Positions 10,725 to 22,100 of a stretch of DNA of 64,000 nucleotides are shown here, in pieces. The position numbers and the translations under genes are program-made. The notes under the pieces were generated by a model that ran no database searches, was not told the origin of the DNA, and saw only the letters and a list, made by a program, of their open reading frames with translations. Source of the DNA: an uncultured Candidatus Saccharibacteria bacterium (GTDB lineage Bacteria; Patescibacteriota; Saccharimonadia; Saccharimonadales; JAGQNJ01); contig CAZOUW010000002.1 of assembly GCA_964583075.1 (NCBI GenBank), positions 5,915 through 69,914 of the forward strand. Reading direction: 5' to 3'. Position 1 is the first letter of the stretch. Each line of letters begins with the position of its first letter.

Positions 10725-11579
10725 TTACCTTCTCTTACTTTCATGACGTGATTTAACAATAAACTTGTTACTGCTCTTGCGGCGGCGTGTCTTGTAGCCA
10801 AGCGTCTTTTGACCCCAAGGCGTGCGCGGAGCAGCACCGTGGTTTTTACCACCACCAATACCGTGTCTACCACCGTCACCACCACCATGTGGGTGATCAG
10901 CCGCGTTCATAACAACACCGCGTACACCTGGGCGAATACCCATGTGTCGTTTGCGGCCAGCAGAACCAATCTTTACGTTCTGGTGTTGTTCGTTGCCAAC
11001 AGAACCGAGGCTTGCTGTACAGTTAATGTTAACTAGGCGAACTTCGCCACTCGGCAACTTAATTTGCGCATAGTCGCCCTCTTTGGCAGCCAACTGCGCA
11101 CTTGCACCAGCACTACGCACCATCTGTGCGCCCTTGCCAAGTTGCAGCTCAATAGCGTGAATTGTACTACCAACTGGGATGTTCTTGAGCGGCAAGCGGT
11201 TACCAACTTCAATTGGCGCTTCTTCACCTGACTCTAGTTTCTGACCAACCTTCATGCCACTGGCAGCCAGTACATAGTGATATTTGCTTGTGCTATCTTT
11301 GATACGAGCGATATTTGCTGAACGATTTGGGTCATATTCAATTGCTTCAATTACTGCAGTTGTACCAGGTGCAAGCTTAAAGTTCATAATTCGGATAAAC
11401 CGACGAGCACCACCGCCACGATGACGTACGGTAATACGGCCCTGATTGTTGCGACCACTATTTTGCTTACGTGTAACTGTTAGAGACTTGATTGGACGCT
11501 TAGCAGTAACTTCTGAGAAGTCGCGGTTTGTCATACCACGACGAGCAGGAGTCGTCGGTTTATACATCGTAATACTCAT
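10725..11579 (-). CDS. rplB: 50S ribosomal protein L2
   Basis: GRNNQGRITVRHRGGG, EYDPNRSANIA, MNAADHPHGGG. Confidence 0.98.
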   Translation of the reverse strand: MSITMYKPTTPARRGMTNRDFSEVTAKRPIKSLTVTRKQNSGRNNQGRITVRHRGGGARRFIRIMNFKLAPGTTAVIEAIEYDPNRSANIARIKDSTSKYHYVLAASGMKVGQKLESGEEAPIEVGNRLPLKNIPVGSTIHAIELQLGKGAQMVRSAGASAQLAAKEGDYAQIKLPSGEVRLVNINCTASLGSVGNEQHQNVKIGSAGRKRHMGIRPGVRGVVMNAADHPHGGGDGGRHGIGGGKNHGAAPRTPWGQKTLGYKTRRRKSSNKFIVKSRHESKRR

Positions 11580-11938
11580 TACTTAGTCTCCTTCTTTTCT
11601 GCTTTGGCTGCTTTCTTTTCACTTTTTTTGTCGACTTGTTCTTCTTCGCCAAATATGTTGATAGAATTGCCGTTAATTAAACGAACATAGGCCTTCTTGT
11701 AATTAGCTCGCTTTCCATCAACTGGACGGTTACGCTTTTGATAAGACTTCTTACCTTTACCTTTAATAACAGTTGTTTTTACATCTTGAACCTTCACATC
11801 AAACTGCGCTTCAACAGCAGCCGTAATAGTAAGCTTGTTAGAAGACATTGGAACGTCAAATACATATGTGTTGAGCGCCAAGCTTGTTGCGTAAGCCTTT
11901 TCGCTCATGCGAGGCTTGAGAATCATTGTTTTGCTCAT
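11579..11938 (-). CDS. rplW: 50S ribosomal protein L23
   Basis: PRMSEKA, YKKAYVRL; synteny. Confidence 0.96.
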   Translation of the reverse strand: MSKTMILKPRMSEKAYATSLALNTYVFDVPMSSNKLTITAAVEAQFDVKVQDVKTTVIKGKGKKSYQKRNRPVDGKRANYKKAYVRLINGNSINIFGEEEQVDKKSEKKAAKAEKKETK

Positions 11939-12570
11939 TATTTGTCACCTCCGAGCCACTCATGAACAATATCAAGCGCTTTTTTAGTAAGCACAATATT
12001 GTGAGCGTTAAGGATATCATAGGTATTAAGGTACTTAGCTTGTACTAGTTTCACATACGGAACGTTTCGGCTGGCACGCACAAGTTCTGGAGTTTTCTCT
12101 TCAACGACTACCAAGACACCACGGTTTGCATCAAGTTTATTCAAGATTGCTACAAAGCTCTTAACCTTAGCGTCCTTGCTATCAAAGCCATCAATCACTT
12201 TAACTAAATCCTTCTGTAGGCTTAAAGCTTGACGGATAGCTACACGCTTAGACTGTGTGTTGAGCTTCTGGCTATAGTTTTCGTTACCAGTTGGACCAAA
12301 TACAATACCACCACCGCGCCAAATTGGGTTGCGTGATGAACCAAAACGAGCACGCCCTGTACCTTTTTGCTTCCATGGCTTTTTACCACCACCGCGTACT
12401 AAACCACGCGTTTTAACAACCGCGACGTTTTCGCGGCCATTGGCTAGGTATGCAAGATATGCTTGCTTCAACAAATCATGACTTTCAACCTTGAGATCAA
12501 AAATAGTTTTATCAAGTTTTGCAGGGGTGCTTGCTTTTGCGCCTGCTTTTGTAAAGGTAGGGACGCTCAT
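11938..12570 (-). CDS. rplD: 50S ribosomal protein L4
   Basis: GGGKKPWKQKGTGRARFGS.RNPIWRGGG. Confidence 0.98.
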   Translation of the reverse strand: MSVPTFTKAGAKASTPAKLDKTIFDLKVESHDLLKQAYLAYLANGRENVAVVKTRGLVRGGGKKPWKQKGTGRARFGSSRNPIWRGGGIVFGPTGNENYSQKLNTQSKRVAIRQALSLQKDLVKVIDGFDSKDAKVKSFVAILNKLDANRGVLVVVEEKTPELVRASRNVPYVKLVQAKYLNTYDILNAHNIVLTKKALDIVHEWLGGDK

Positions 12571-13181
12571 TAGTTGGCCTCCTTAATCAGCACGATGCCT
12601 TTACGCGGTCCAGGTACTGCACCAGTCACGCCAATAATATTAAGTTCTGTATCAACAAGCGCTACTTTAAGGTTTTTGACCGTTACTCGCTCATAGCCCA
12701 TTTGACCAGCCATTTTCTTACCCTTAAAGATCTTTTGTGGATACATAGATCCAATTGAGCCTGGGCGACGATAGCTACGGCCACCATGAGTTTTACGTCC
12801 GCGGTGGAAGTTATGACGCTTAATAGTACCGGCGAAGCCCTTGCCTTTGCTTGTGCCAACAACATCAATGGTGTCGCCAACAACAAAAGAATCGGCCGAG
12901 ATTGACTCGCCGATCTTGATATCTTCTGTGATTTCGCTCACGCGGAATTCGCGAATTACTTTTGGTGTTACACCCGCTTGCTTTACGTGTCCCGTCAGTT
13001 GCTTAGAAAGGTTTTTACCTGTCTCAAAACCAACCTGGACAGCGGTATAGCCGTCTGATTCAACGTTTTTTACTTGTGTAATAACGCTTGGACTAGCGGA
13101 AAGCAAGGTAATAGCCTGCAAGGTGCCATCTTCAGCGATGGTACTTGTCATGCCAACCTTTCTTGTAATTAATGCTTTCAT
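12570..13181 (-). CDS. rplC: 50S ribosomal protein L3
   Basis: KVGMT, SKGKGFAGTIKRH, RRPGSIG. Confidence 0.98.
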   Translation of the reverse strand: MKALITRKVGMTSTIAEDGTLQAITLLSASPSVITQVKNVESDGYTAVQVGFETGKNLSKQLTGHVKQAGVTPKVIREFRVSEITEDIKIGESISADSFVVGDTIDVVGTSKGKGFAGTIKRHNFHRGRKTHGGRSYRRPGSIGSMYPQKIFKGKKMAGQMGYERVTVKNLKVALVDTELNIIGVTGAVPGPRKGIVLIKEAN

Positions 13182-13318
13182 AGTTCTCCTGTTGTCTTTT
13201 TAGTGGTCTAGTTTGCAAAGGCCAGACATAAAAAGGCTTGGTATATTGCAGTTTTCACCTCTGTTATTGATGGTGAACTTACGGGTATACACCAAGTAAA
13301 TTTAAAATATACCATAAC

Positions 13319-13348
13319 AGAGTACCACTAAACTCCTACCTCTGTCAA
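13319..13348 (-). promoter_or_regulatory. Sigma70-type promoter for the rplC operon
   Basis: TTGACA-N18-TACTCT with extended TG, about 130 nt upstream of rplC. Confidence 0.7.
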
Positions 13349-13361
13349 TATGTTGTTTATT

Positions 13362-13628
13362 CTACATGACTATATACAGACCAGCAGGGGCCCAGAAGCC
13401 AACAAGCATTGCCACTAAGAGAACAGCATAGTCAATCTTTTTATCAATTTTGAATCTATTACTGTTAATCAGAAACAGCCCGATGATGAGGCCGATTGGA
13501 ATTGGGATTTGCCATGACCCAGACACGCCGATCTTAACCCAAAAAAAGCCAAGAATTAAGAAGATAACTAGCTTTAGAAAGTAGTTGTTATCTGTTTTTG
13601 CAACTCGTTTTTGTTTTGTTTTTGCCAC
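13362..13628 (-). CDS. Small hypothetical membrane protein (88 aa) between rpsJ and rplC
   Basis: About three hydrophobic segments; GTG start 7 nt after a TGcTACAAT element. Confidence 0.75.
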   Translation of the reverse strand: MAKTKQKRVAKTDNNYFLKLVIFLILGFFWVKIGVSGSWQIPIPIGLIIGLFLINSNRFKIDKKIDYAVLLVAMLVGFWAPAGLYIVM

Positions 13629-13648
13629 TTTAACTATTGTAGCACATC

Positions 13649-13677
13649 AAAAAACCGCTCATTGCTGAGCGGTTTTT
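13649..13677. terminator. Intrinsic terminator after rpsJ (bidirectional form)
   Basis: AAAAAACCGCTC-ATTGCT-GAGCGGTTTTT. Confidence 0.85.
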
Positions 13678-13680
13678 AGC

Positions 13681-14013
13681 TTACATCTTGATTTCGGCGT
13701 CGCAACCAGCTGGTAGTGATAAATTCATAAGACTATCGATTGTTTTTGGAGTTGGCTCAAGCACATCAATAATACGTTTATGAATACGCATTTCAAACTG
13801 TTCGCGGCCTTTTTTGTACACATGGGGGCTTTTAACCACTGTATAGGTTGTCTTCTGCGTTGGCAAAGGGATTGGCCCAGCAATACTTGCACCAGTACGG
13901 AGTGCGGTATCTACAATTTGTTTTGCTGATTGGTCGATCACTTTGTGATCATACGCTTTAAGGCGAATACGAATACGAGCCTTGCCGCCTTCTGTTTTCT
14001 TGGCATCTGCCAT
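13681..14013 (-). CDS. rpsJ: 30S ribosomal protein S10
   Basis: [29 protein letters not shown]. Confidence 0.98.
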   Translation of the reverse strand: MADAKKTEGGKARIRIRLKAYDHKVIDQSAKQIVDTALRTGASIAGPIPLPTQKTTYTVVKSPHVYKKGREQFEMRIHKRIIDVLEPTPKTIDSLMNLSLPAGCDAEIKM

Positions 14014-14124
14014 AATGGATTATCTCCTTGTGATGTAACATCTCTACACAGCTATTGAGAGCATATGCAACGACTTTTAGTCATCACGATTAGTTTACGT
14101 GTCTATTCTACAATAATCCCTCAC

Positions 14125-14160
14125 AAAAGAAAAGAGCCCGAACATATTCAGGCTCTCTTC
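14125..14160 (-). terminator. Terminator after tuf
   Basis: AGAGCCTGAA-TATG-TTCGGGCTCT followed by a T-run on the minus strand. Confidence 0.75.
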
Positions 14161-14178
14161 ATTTTTTGGCTCCCTAGA

Positions 14179-15360
14179 TTACTTAGTAATCTTGGTTACA
14201 ACACCAGCACCTACGGTACGACCACCTTCACGGATAGCGAAACGTTGACCCTGATCCATAGCGATCGGCTGGATCAATTTAACCTTGAAGGTTACTGTAT
14301 CACCAGGCATTACCATTTCTTTGTCGGCTGGAAGCTCAACCTCACCGGTTACGTCCGTAGTACGGAAGTAAAACTGAGGCTTGTAGCCCTTGAAGAATGG
14401 CGTGCGACGGCCACCTTCTTCTTTTGTAAGTACGTACACTTCTGCGTCAAACTCAGTGTGCGGCGTAATCGTACCTGGTTTAGCCAAAACCTGACCACGC
14501 TCAATGTCTGCACGCTCAATACCGCGCAGCAAGATACCAGCGTTGTCACCTGCTTGACCTTGATCAAGGTTCTTTTTGAAAGCTTCAATACCAGTTACAA
14601 CTGATTTTTGAGTATCTTTAATACCAACAATCTCAACTTCGTCGTTTAGTTTGACAACACCTTGTTCAATACGGCCAGTCGCAACAGTACCACGACCTTT
14701 AATTGAGAACACGTCTTCAATTGCCATCATGAAAGGCTTGTCTAGGTCACGCTTTGGCTCCGGAATATATTCATCCATAGCCTTAACGAGTTCCATAACT
14801 GCATCCATGTCAGCCTCAGAACCTTCAAGTGCCTTAGTAGCAGAACCCTTGATGATTGGAGCATCTTCGTCAAAGCCATTCTTTTCAAGCAGTTCACGAA
14901 CATCCATCTCAACAAGTTCAACGAGTTCTGGATCAGCAAGATCCATCTTGTTTAGGAACACAACAATCTTAGGCACACCCACTTGACGAGCAAGCAAAAC
15001 GTGCTCACGAGTTTGTGGCATAGGACCATCAGCCGCAGAAACAACCAAAACAGCACCATCTACCTGTGCGGCACCGGTAATCATGTTCTTGATGTAGTCT
15101 GCGTGACCTGGCATGTCAACGTGCGCGTAGTGACGCTTTTCAGTTTCGTACTCTTGGTGAGATACGGCAATGGTAATACCACGCTGCTTTTCTTCTGGCG
15201 CGTTGTCAATTTGGTCGTAGTTAATTGGCTTATTTACATCACTAGGCAATCGCTTTGAAAGCGTGTGTGTAATGGCAGCCGTTAGAGTTGTTTTACCGTG
15301 GTCAACGTGGCCCATAGTACCAACGTTTACATGCGGTTTGCTTCGATCGAAGTCAGCCAT
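14179..15360 (-). CDS. tuf: Elongation factor Tu
   Basis: [31 protein letters not shown]. Confidence 0.99.
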   Translation of the reverse strand: MADFDRSKPHVNVGTMGHVDHGKTTLTAAITHTLSKRLPSDVNKPINYDQIDNAPEEKQRGITIAVSHQEYETEKRHYAHVDMPGHADYIKNMITGAAQVDGAVLVVSAADGPMPQTREHVLLARQVGVPKIVVFLNKMDLADPELVELVEMDVRELLEKNGFDEDAPIIKGSATKALEGSEADMDAVMELVKAMDEYIPEPKRDLDKPFMMAIEDVFSIKGRGTVATGRIEQGVVKLNDEVEIVGIKDTQKSVVTGIEAFKKNLDQGQAGDNAGILLRGIERADIERGQVLAKPGTITPHTEFDAEVYVLTKEEGGRRTPFFKGYKPQFYFRTTDVTGEVELPADKEMVMPGDTVTFKVKLIQPIAMDQGQRFAIREGGRTVGAGVVTKITK

Positions 15361-15471
15361 TTATGTTAGCTCCTTTTAATTACTTAATTTTATCTAGCAT
15401 GAGTAAATAACACTCACACGAGTTACCAGTAAATTTTATCTGATATTACTCTGTTTGTAAAGACATGAAGC

Positions 15472-15657
15472 TCAAGCCTTAAGATCAACGGCAGTTTCTA
15501 CAATTGAGCAAACCTCATACTGAGTACTACCAAACAATCGAAACAAACTTAAACGATGCCGCTCCATTGGCTCTGGCCCCGCACAACGTTCAATATCACA
15601 ATATAATAGGGTTAATTTGCATTGTTGTATGCTCGCCAAACACATCTGATTCACCAT
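15472..15657 (-). CDS. Small Cys-rich orphan (CAGP motif) between fusA and tuf; possibly frameshifted with a start at 15706
   Basis: Fills the fusA-tuf gap on the operon strand; an upstream frame reads MEKICPAK... Confidence 0.45.
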   Translation of the reverse strand: MVNQMCLASIQQCKLTLLYCDIERCAGPEPMERHRLSLFRLFGSTQYEVCSIVETAVDLKA

Positions 15658-15745
15658 TATTGACAGCTTGATAGAGTACTACTTTAGCTGGACATATTTT
15701 CTCCATAAGACAAATTTTACCTCACCGCAAACAAACGAGAAACAC

Positions 15746-17833
15746 TTATTTGTTGTTTTTGGCAACAATTGCATCGGCTACATGGCCGGGTACATCGGCA
15801 TAGTGATCAAGCTCCATACTTGAACTAGCACGACCCTGAGTCATTGAGCGTAGGTTGGTTGTATAGCCAAACATCTCACCAAGTGGAACAAAAGCAGTAA
15901 TTTCTTTAACACCGGCAGATAAATCCTCCATGGATTCTATGCGACCACGCTTAGAGTTCAAGTCACCGATGGTGTCACCCATGAATTCTTCTGGAGTTAC
16001 AACAACTACCTTCATAACAGGCTCGAGCAGTACGGGGCTAGCGTTTTTAACGCCTTGCTGTAATGCCATACTCCCGGCAATCTTAAAGGCCATCTCGCTG
16101 GAGTCAACATCATGGTAGCTACCATCATAAAGCTCGGCCTTAATGTCAACGACTGGATATCCCGCAAGAACACCATTCGCCATCGCTTCTTCAATACCAG
16201 ACTTAACAGGGTTTATGTACTCAGCCGGCACAACACCACCTTTGATGGAGTTGATAAATTCAAAGCCCTTACCGGCTTCGTTTTGGCTGAGGCGCAGCCA
16301 AACGTGACCATACTGACCACGACCACCAGATTGGCGTACAAATTTACCTTCAACCTCTACAGCATCCTTACGGATTGTTTCACGGTAGGCAACCTGTGGT
16401 TGACCAATGTTAGCCTCAACATTAAACTCACGTTTCATACGGTCTACCAAGATTTCAAGATGGAGCTCACCCATACCAGAAATAATTGTCTGCCCTGTTT
16501 CGTCATCAACTCTCACGCGGAAGGTTGGATCTTCTTCAGCCAAACGTTGCAACGCAATACTCATCTTTTCTTGATCAGCTTTGGTTTTTGGCTCAATCGC
16601 AATACTCACTGGCGGCTCGGGGAATGTTATACTTTCGAGTACAATTGGATTATTTTGATCGCACAGCGTATTGCCGGTAGTTGTGCCCTTGAGTCCAACA
16701 ATTGCAGCAATATCACCTGCGCCAACTTCTGTTACGTCGTCTCGCTTATCTGCGTGCAAGCGTACAATTCGACCTACACGTTCTTTCTCGCCAGTCGAAC
16801 TGTTATACACATAGGAGCCAGCCGTTACCTTACCTGAGTACACGCGGAAGTAGGCTAATTTACCTACAAATGGGTCAGAGGTAATTTTAAAAGCAAGTGC
16901 GGCAAATGGTTCGCTATTACTAGGCTTGCGCTCAATCTCTTCATCAGTTTTAGGATGTCGGCCCCAGTTAGAACCAACATCAAGTGGGCTTGGCAGGTAA
17001 TCATTGACCATATCAAGAACTTTTTCTACAATCACGCCACGGCCATCACCACCAGTTACCGGGAAGAATTTACCAGTAAGCGTTGCTGTACGGATAGCTT
17101 GCCTGATTTCATCTTCTGTCAGGCCATCCTCACCCACTTCAAAGAATTTCTCAAGCATTGTTTCATCTTCAGCAACTGCGTTTTCAATCAAAAGGCTACG
17201 GTATTTTTTGGCTTTATCAAGCACATCGGCAGGGATTTCACCCTCTATCAATTCTTTGTCAGAAAATTCCTTATACGTATAAGCCTTCATAGTAACAAGG
17301 TCTATGACGCCATTAATTGACTGCTCAAAACCAATTGGCAGGTGGACTGGGAAAGCGTGCTTATTAAGGCGTGCATGGATAGAATCAAGTGATTTATAAA
17401 AGTCACCCCCAGTTTGGTTGATTTTGTTAATAAAGCAAATACGTGGCACACCATATTTATCGGCTTGGCGCCACACGGTCTCAGATTGCGACTCAACACC
17501 CATTTTACCGTCAAACACCACGCAAGCACCGTCAAGCACACGCAAAGAACGCTCAACTTCAACTGTAAAATCAATGTGGCCGGGGGTATCGATAATGTTA
17601 ATCTGCTTACCCTTCCAAAAACAAGTGACAGAAGCGGCAACAATAGTAATGCCACGCTCGCGCTCCTGAGCCATCCAGTCAGTTGTTGTTTCACCCTCAT
17701 GAACGGCACCAATCTTGTGGTTCAAGCCAGTGCGGTACAAGATACCTTCAGTTGTAGTTGTTTTACCCGCATCAATATGAGCAATGATGCCCAGGTTACG
17801 GATGTCTTTCATATCTACTTTTTTATCTGCCAT
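15746..17833 (-). CDS. fusA: Elongation factor G
   Basis: [39 protein letters not shown]. Confidence 0.99.
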   Translation of the reverse strand: MADKKVDMKDIRNLGIIAHIDAGKTTTTEGILYRTGLNHKIGAVHEGETTTDWMAQERERGITIVAASVTCFWKGKQINIIDTPGHIDFTVEVERSLRVLDGACVVFDGKMGVESQSETVWRQADKYGVPRICFINKINQTGGDFYKSLDSIHARLNKHAFPVHLPIGFEQSINGVIDLVTMKAYTYKEFSDKELIEGEIPADVLDKAKKYRSLLIENAVAEDETMLEKFFEVGEDGLTEDEIRQAIRTATLTGKFFPVTGGDGRGVIVEKVLDMVNDYLPSPLDVGSNWGRHPKTDEEIERKPSNSEPFAALAFKITSDPFVGKLAYFRVYSGKVTAGSYVYNSSTGEKERVGRIVRLHADKRDDVTEVGAGDIAAIVGLKGTTTGNTLCDQNNPIVLESITFPEPPVSIAIEPKTKADQEKMSIALQRLAEEDPTFRVRVDDETGQTIISGMGELHLEILVDRMKREFNVEANIGQPQVAYRETIRKDAVEVEGKFVRQSGGRGQYGHVWLRLSQNEAGKGFEFINSIKGGVVPAEYINPVKSGIEEAMANGVLAGYPVVDIKAELYDGSYHDVDSSEMAFKIAGSMALQQGVKNASPVLLEPVMKVVVVTPEEFMGDTIGDLNSKRGRIESMEDLSAGVKEITAFVPLGEMFGYTTNLRSMTQGRASSSMELDHYADVPGHVADAIVAKNNK

Positions 17834-17844
17834 TTATGCCTACC

Positions 17845-18126
17845 TTATCTTGTTATAGTTTTCTGTGTCTTAGGACACATAATTATTTCTTCACATTGAA
17901 TTATCTGATCCATTGCCACCGTAATTACCTCAGTAGACATGAGTCCAACACGTTGTGGGCCTGCACATCCCCCTTCTTTGCGCGTAGCTTCCTCGGGCGT
18001 AGGACACCCTGGACATGACGGGTATTGTACGGGTGGCTCTTTTTCAGGTGCTGGTGCAACTGGCGACATATCTACCTGTTCAGCAACTAATTGTACGTGT
18101 TCACCATAGAATTCTCCAACACCCAT
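17845..18126 (-). CDS. Small Cys/Pro-rich orphan (CPGCP, CAGP) between rpsG and fusA
   Basis: 93-aa ORF filling the gap with 9-11 nt spacers on the operon strand. Confidence 0.65.
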   Translation of the reverse strand: MGVGEFYGEHVQLVAEQVDMSPVAPAPEKEPPVQYPSCPGCPTPEEATRKEGGCAGPQRVGLMSTEVITVAMDQIIQCEEIIMCPKTQKTITR

Positions 18127-18135
18127 GCCCGTGAT

Positions 18136-18612
18136 TTACCTTGCAAAGTGAGCAAAAGCTCGGTTAGCTTCTGCCATCTTATGTGTATCTTCACGCTTTT
18201 TAACTGCGGTACCGGTATTGTTGTAGGCATCCATAAGTTCTAACGCGATGCGGTCTTCCATGCTCATACCTTTACGTGAGCGTGCAGCCTGGACAAACCA
18301 CATAATTGTTAGATGTTGCTGGCGCTGACCTTTAACTTCAAATGGAATCTGGTAGTTAGCACCACCTACACGTCGTGAACGAGTTTCTACATGTGGCTGA
18401 ACATTCTTCATCGCCTGCTCAAACACTTCTAGTGGGTTTTTAACCTTTAGTTTATCCGCAGATTTCTGCATACCACCATACACAAGACGCTCAGCGACTT
18501 GCTTTTTACCGTCAAGCATAACGCGGTTAATAACTTTCTGAACTTGAACGCTGTTGTACAAGCGATCTGGCTGGATATCTCGAACAAGTGATTTGGTCTT
18601 TTTCCTCGGCAT
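18136..18612 (-). CDS. rpsG: 30S ribosomal protein S7
   Basis: MPRKK start at 18612, SRRVGGANYQIP, HKMAEANRAFAHF. Confidence 0.98.
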   Translation of the reverse strand: MPRKKTKSLVRDIQPDRLYNSVQVQKVINRVMLDGKKQVAERLVYGGMQKSADKLKVKNPLEVFEQAMKNVQPHVETRSRRVGGANYQIPFEVKGQRQQHLTIMWFVQAARSRKGMSMEDRIALELMDAYNNTGTAVKKREDTHKMAEANRAFAHFAR

Positions 18613-18616
18613 GACT

Positions 18617-19030
18617 TTATTTACCTGCCTTTTTGGTACCGTACTTAGACCGGCCATTCTTGCGGTTTTCTACACCCTGAAGGTCTAGAGCACCACGAAC
18701 AATGTGGTAACGCACACCCGGAAGGTCCTTTACACGACCACCACGGATCATTACAACTGCGTGTTCTTGCAAATTGTGGCCTTCACCTCCAATGTAAGCC
18801 CATACTTCGTACCCGTTTTGCAGACGCACACGAGCTACTTTACGAAGCGCGGAGTTAGGTTTTTTTGGCGTTTTGGTGGTTACCTTAACACATACACCAC
18901 GCTTAAACGGTGATGGTTTTTCGTAGTTCTGTGTTTTGAGGTTGTTAACCACTCTGTGCAAAGCAGGTGACTTAGACTTTTTAGTCACCTTGGCACGTGG
19001 TTTGCGCACTAATTGATTGATTGTTGGCAT
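18617..19030 (-). CDS. rpsL: 30S ribosomal protein S12
   Basis: [23 protein letters not shown]. Confidence 0.99.
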   Translation of the reverse strand: MPTINQLVRKPRAKVTKKSKSPALHRVVNNLKTQNYEKPSPFKRGVCVKVTTKTPKKPNSALRKVARVRLQNGYEVWAYIGGEGHNLQEHAVVMIRGGRVKDLPGVRYHIVRGALDLQGVENRKNGRSKYGTKKAGK

Positions 19031-19122
19031 TAATTCTCCTTAAAAGTTGTGATCTGCTGCGTTGCCACGAATGCCACGCGACCGCTCGGACCACTTAGTT
19101 TAACTTGTATATTTTAACAGAT

Positions 19123-22100
19123 TTAGATCTCGGCTGCAACTTCTGCGTCTTCTTCGATTTCGACTTTATCTTCATATGCGTTGTAGCCGGTCCCAACCGG
19201 TATCATACGACCTAAGATAACGTTTTCCTTCAAACCGTACAGTTGATCAACCTTACCACTAGTTGCGGTTGCGATAAGCACACGAGTCGTATCCTGGAAG
19301 CTAGCTGCACTCAAGAATGACTCAGTTGAAAGTGAAGCCTTGGTAATACCAAGAAGTAACTGGTTAAATTGAACCTGTTCTTTGCCAGCTTCTTTCAAAC
19401 GATCATTTTCCTCTTGAACGGCAATCTTACTGACAATATCACCAGTAACAAAGTCACTATCACCAGCGTCTTCAATTTGAACTCGAGAGAACATCTGACG
19501 CACGATGATTTCAAGGTGCTTATCTGCAATATTTTGACCTTGCGAGGCAAAGATACGCAAAATTTCATTCATGATGTAGCGCTGAGTTGCCTCTACGCCC
19601 TGCAAGCGCATTAGTTCATGAAGGTTGATTGAACCATTCGTTAGCCTTTCACCTGCAACCACTTCATCGTTATCCTTAACAAATAATTGCTTGTAGCCAG
19701 GAATCTCATACCTTACAGCAGATTGACTATTAGGACTAATGAAAATGGATTTCTTTGTCACCTTAGCCGTACCCGCAACTGGTGCAACAAGTGGGTTTGC
19801 GCCTTCTTCCTCTGAAGCGAGGACGTCACCAATACTAATTGATGCACCATTTTTTACATGAACTTTACGTCCAGCAAGTGGATACTCTACCGGTTCACCT
19901 TCTTTCGCGGTAACTTCTACCACGTAGTGATCGCCATCTTCCCACGCCTTAACCGTACCTGAAATTTCAGCCAAATACGCTTGACCTTTTGGTGTACGAA
20001 CCTCAAACAACTCTTCTACACGAGGTAAGCCGGTAGTAATGTCTTCGCCCGCTACACCACCAGAGTGGAAGGTTCGTAGCGTCAACTGCGTACCAGGTTC
20101 ACCAATACTCTGCGCAGCAATAACACCGACTGGGTGGTGGTCTGCTACTAAGTCACCAGTTGCCGGGTCAATACCATAACATTTGCGGCTAATACCACGA
20201 ACATTAGTGCAACTTAGTACACTCATAATACGAACGCCATCTATATCCTTATCTTCCTCTATTGCAGTCGCGATATCAGCAGTAATAAGCTCGCCCTTCT
20301 TGACGTGACCCTTAACAGCTACGGCAGCAAAACGGCCTTCTAGCCTGGAAGCGTAACTTACGCCAATTTCTTCGGCATCACTACGATGAATCGCAAAGCC
20401 TGGATCCGCATCATCATCCGTTATAGTAAAGACATCTTGGCTAACATCGACTAATCGACGAGTAAGATAGCCTGAATCAGCTGTCTTTAGGGCAGTGTCA
20501 ATCATACCCTTACGAGCACCACGAGTTGCAGTAAAGTACTCCAGTGGTGTAAACCCAGACTTGTAGTTAGATTTAACCGGCAGTTCAATCGTACGACCAG
20601 TCGCATCAGCAACAGGCCCAAGCATACCAACCGCAGTCTTGACCTGACCGATATTACCACGAGCCCCAGAGACTACTGCGGTTGACATAGCACTATCTTC
20701 GTTAGCAAACTGCTCACTTAGAGTCTTCTGTACTTGAGAGTCTACATCTTGCCAGGTTTCAATAGTCAAACGATAGCGTTCATCATTAGTAATGAACCCC
20801 TGCTCATATTGTTGACTAATTTCAGCGACGCGTTCTTCGCCCTTATCTAGAATGGTTGGTAGTTCTGGGATATCAGTGAAGTCATCCATACCTAAACTTA
20901 GACCCGACTTGGTTGCGTATTGGAAACCTAAGTCTTTTAGATCATCAGCAATAAATGCTGTTTTGTCTTGGCCATATCTTTGGTACGCCAATGCCATTAC
21001 ACCCGCAAGCTTCTTTTTTGTCATTGTTACGTCCTGGAACGGAAAATCTTCTGGAAAAATTTCGTTAAATAGAATCCGCCCCAAGGTCGTATTCCTGACT
21101 TCCCCACGGAAAGGCAAGCTGACTTTTGATTGCAAAACTATCTCGCCAGCATCTAAACTCATAAGTGCTTCAGCTAAGCCAGTAAAGTTTATTGGCTCTT
21201 CGCTTACGCCTTTACGCTCATAGGTTAGGTAGTAACAACCCAGTACGATATCTTGTTCGATATGCAAAATAGGTGAGCCATCAGCAGGCTTAAGAAGGTT
21301 CTTGTTTGATGCCATAATCTCACGAGCCTCGTCTTGAGCAGCGTCAGAAAGTGGCAAATGAACAGCCATTTGGTCACCATCAAAGTCAGCGTTAAAACCC
21401 TTACAAACGAGTGGGTGAAGTTGAATTGCTTTACCCTCGATTAGCACAGGTTGGAAGGCCTGAACACTCAAACGGTGAAGTGATGGGGCCCGATTCAGAA
21501 GTACGTATTTGCCCTTAATCACCTCGTCAAGTGCATCCCAGACAGCTATTTCACCAGCTTCTATCATGCGCGTTGCAGAACGAATGTTATGTGCATGTTC
21601 GTTTTGAATCAAGCTACCAATAACAAATGGCTTAAATAACTCTAGTGCCATCATTTTTGGTAAACCACACTGATTAATCTTCAGTTCAGGACCAGCTACA
21701 ATTACAGAACGGCCAGAGTAGTCAACACGCTTACCAAGAAGGTTCTGGCGGAAACGACCCTGTTTACCTTTAAGCATGTCACTCAAAGATTTTAGACGGC
21801 GACGTTGCCCCGTAGCAGCAACTGCACGTCCAGAACGAGCGTTACCGTTATCAATCAAAGCGTCAACTGCTTCTTGCAGCATGCGCTGCTCATTACGACG
21901 AATCACCTCAGGTGCATTAAGTTCAATCAACTTCTTCAAGCGATTATTACGGTTAATCACTCGACGATATAGGTCATTCATATCACTAGTTGCAAAGCGA
22001 CCACCAGTAAGCTGAACCATTGGCCTAAGGTCTGGAGGAATAACCGGTAATGTGCTCAAGCACATTGAACTTGGTTTAATACCAGCGATCTCCATGCTTT

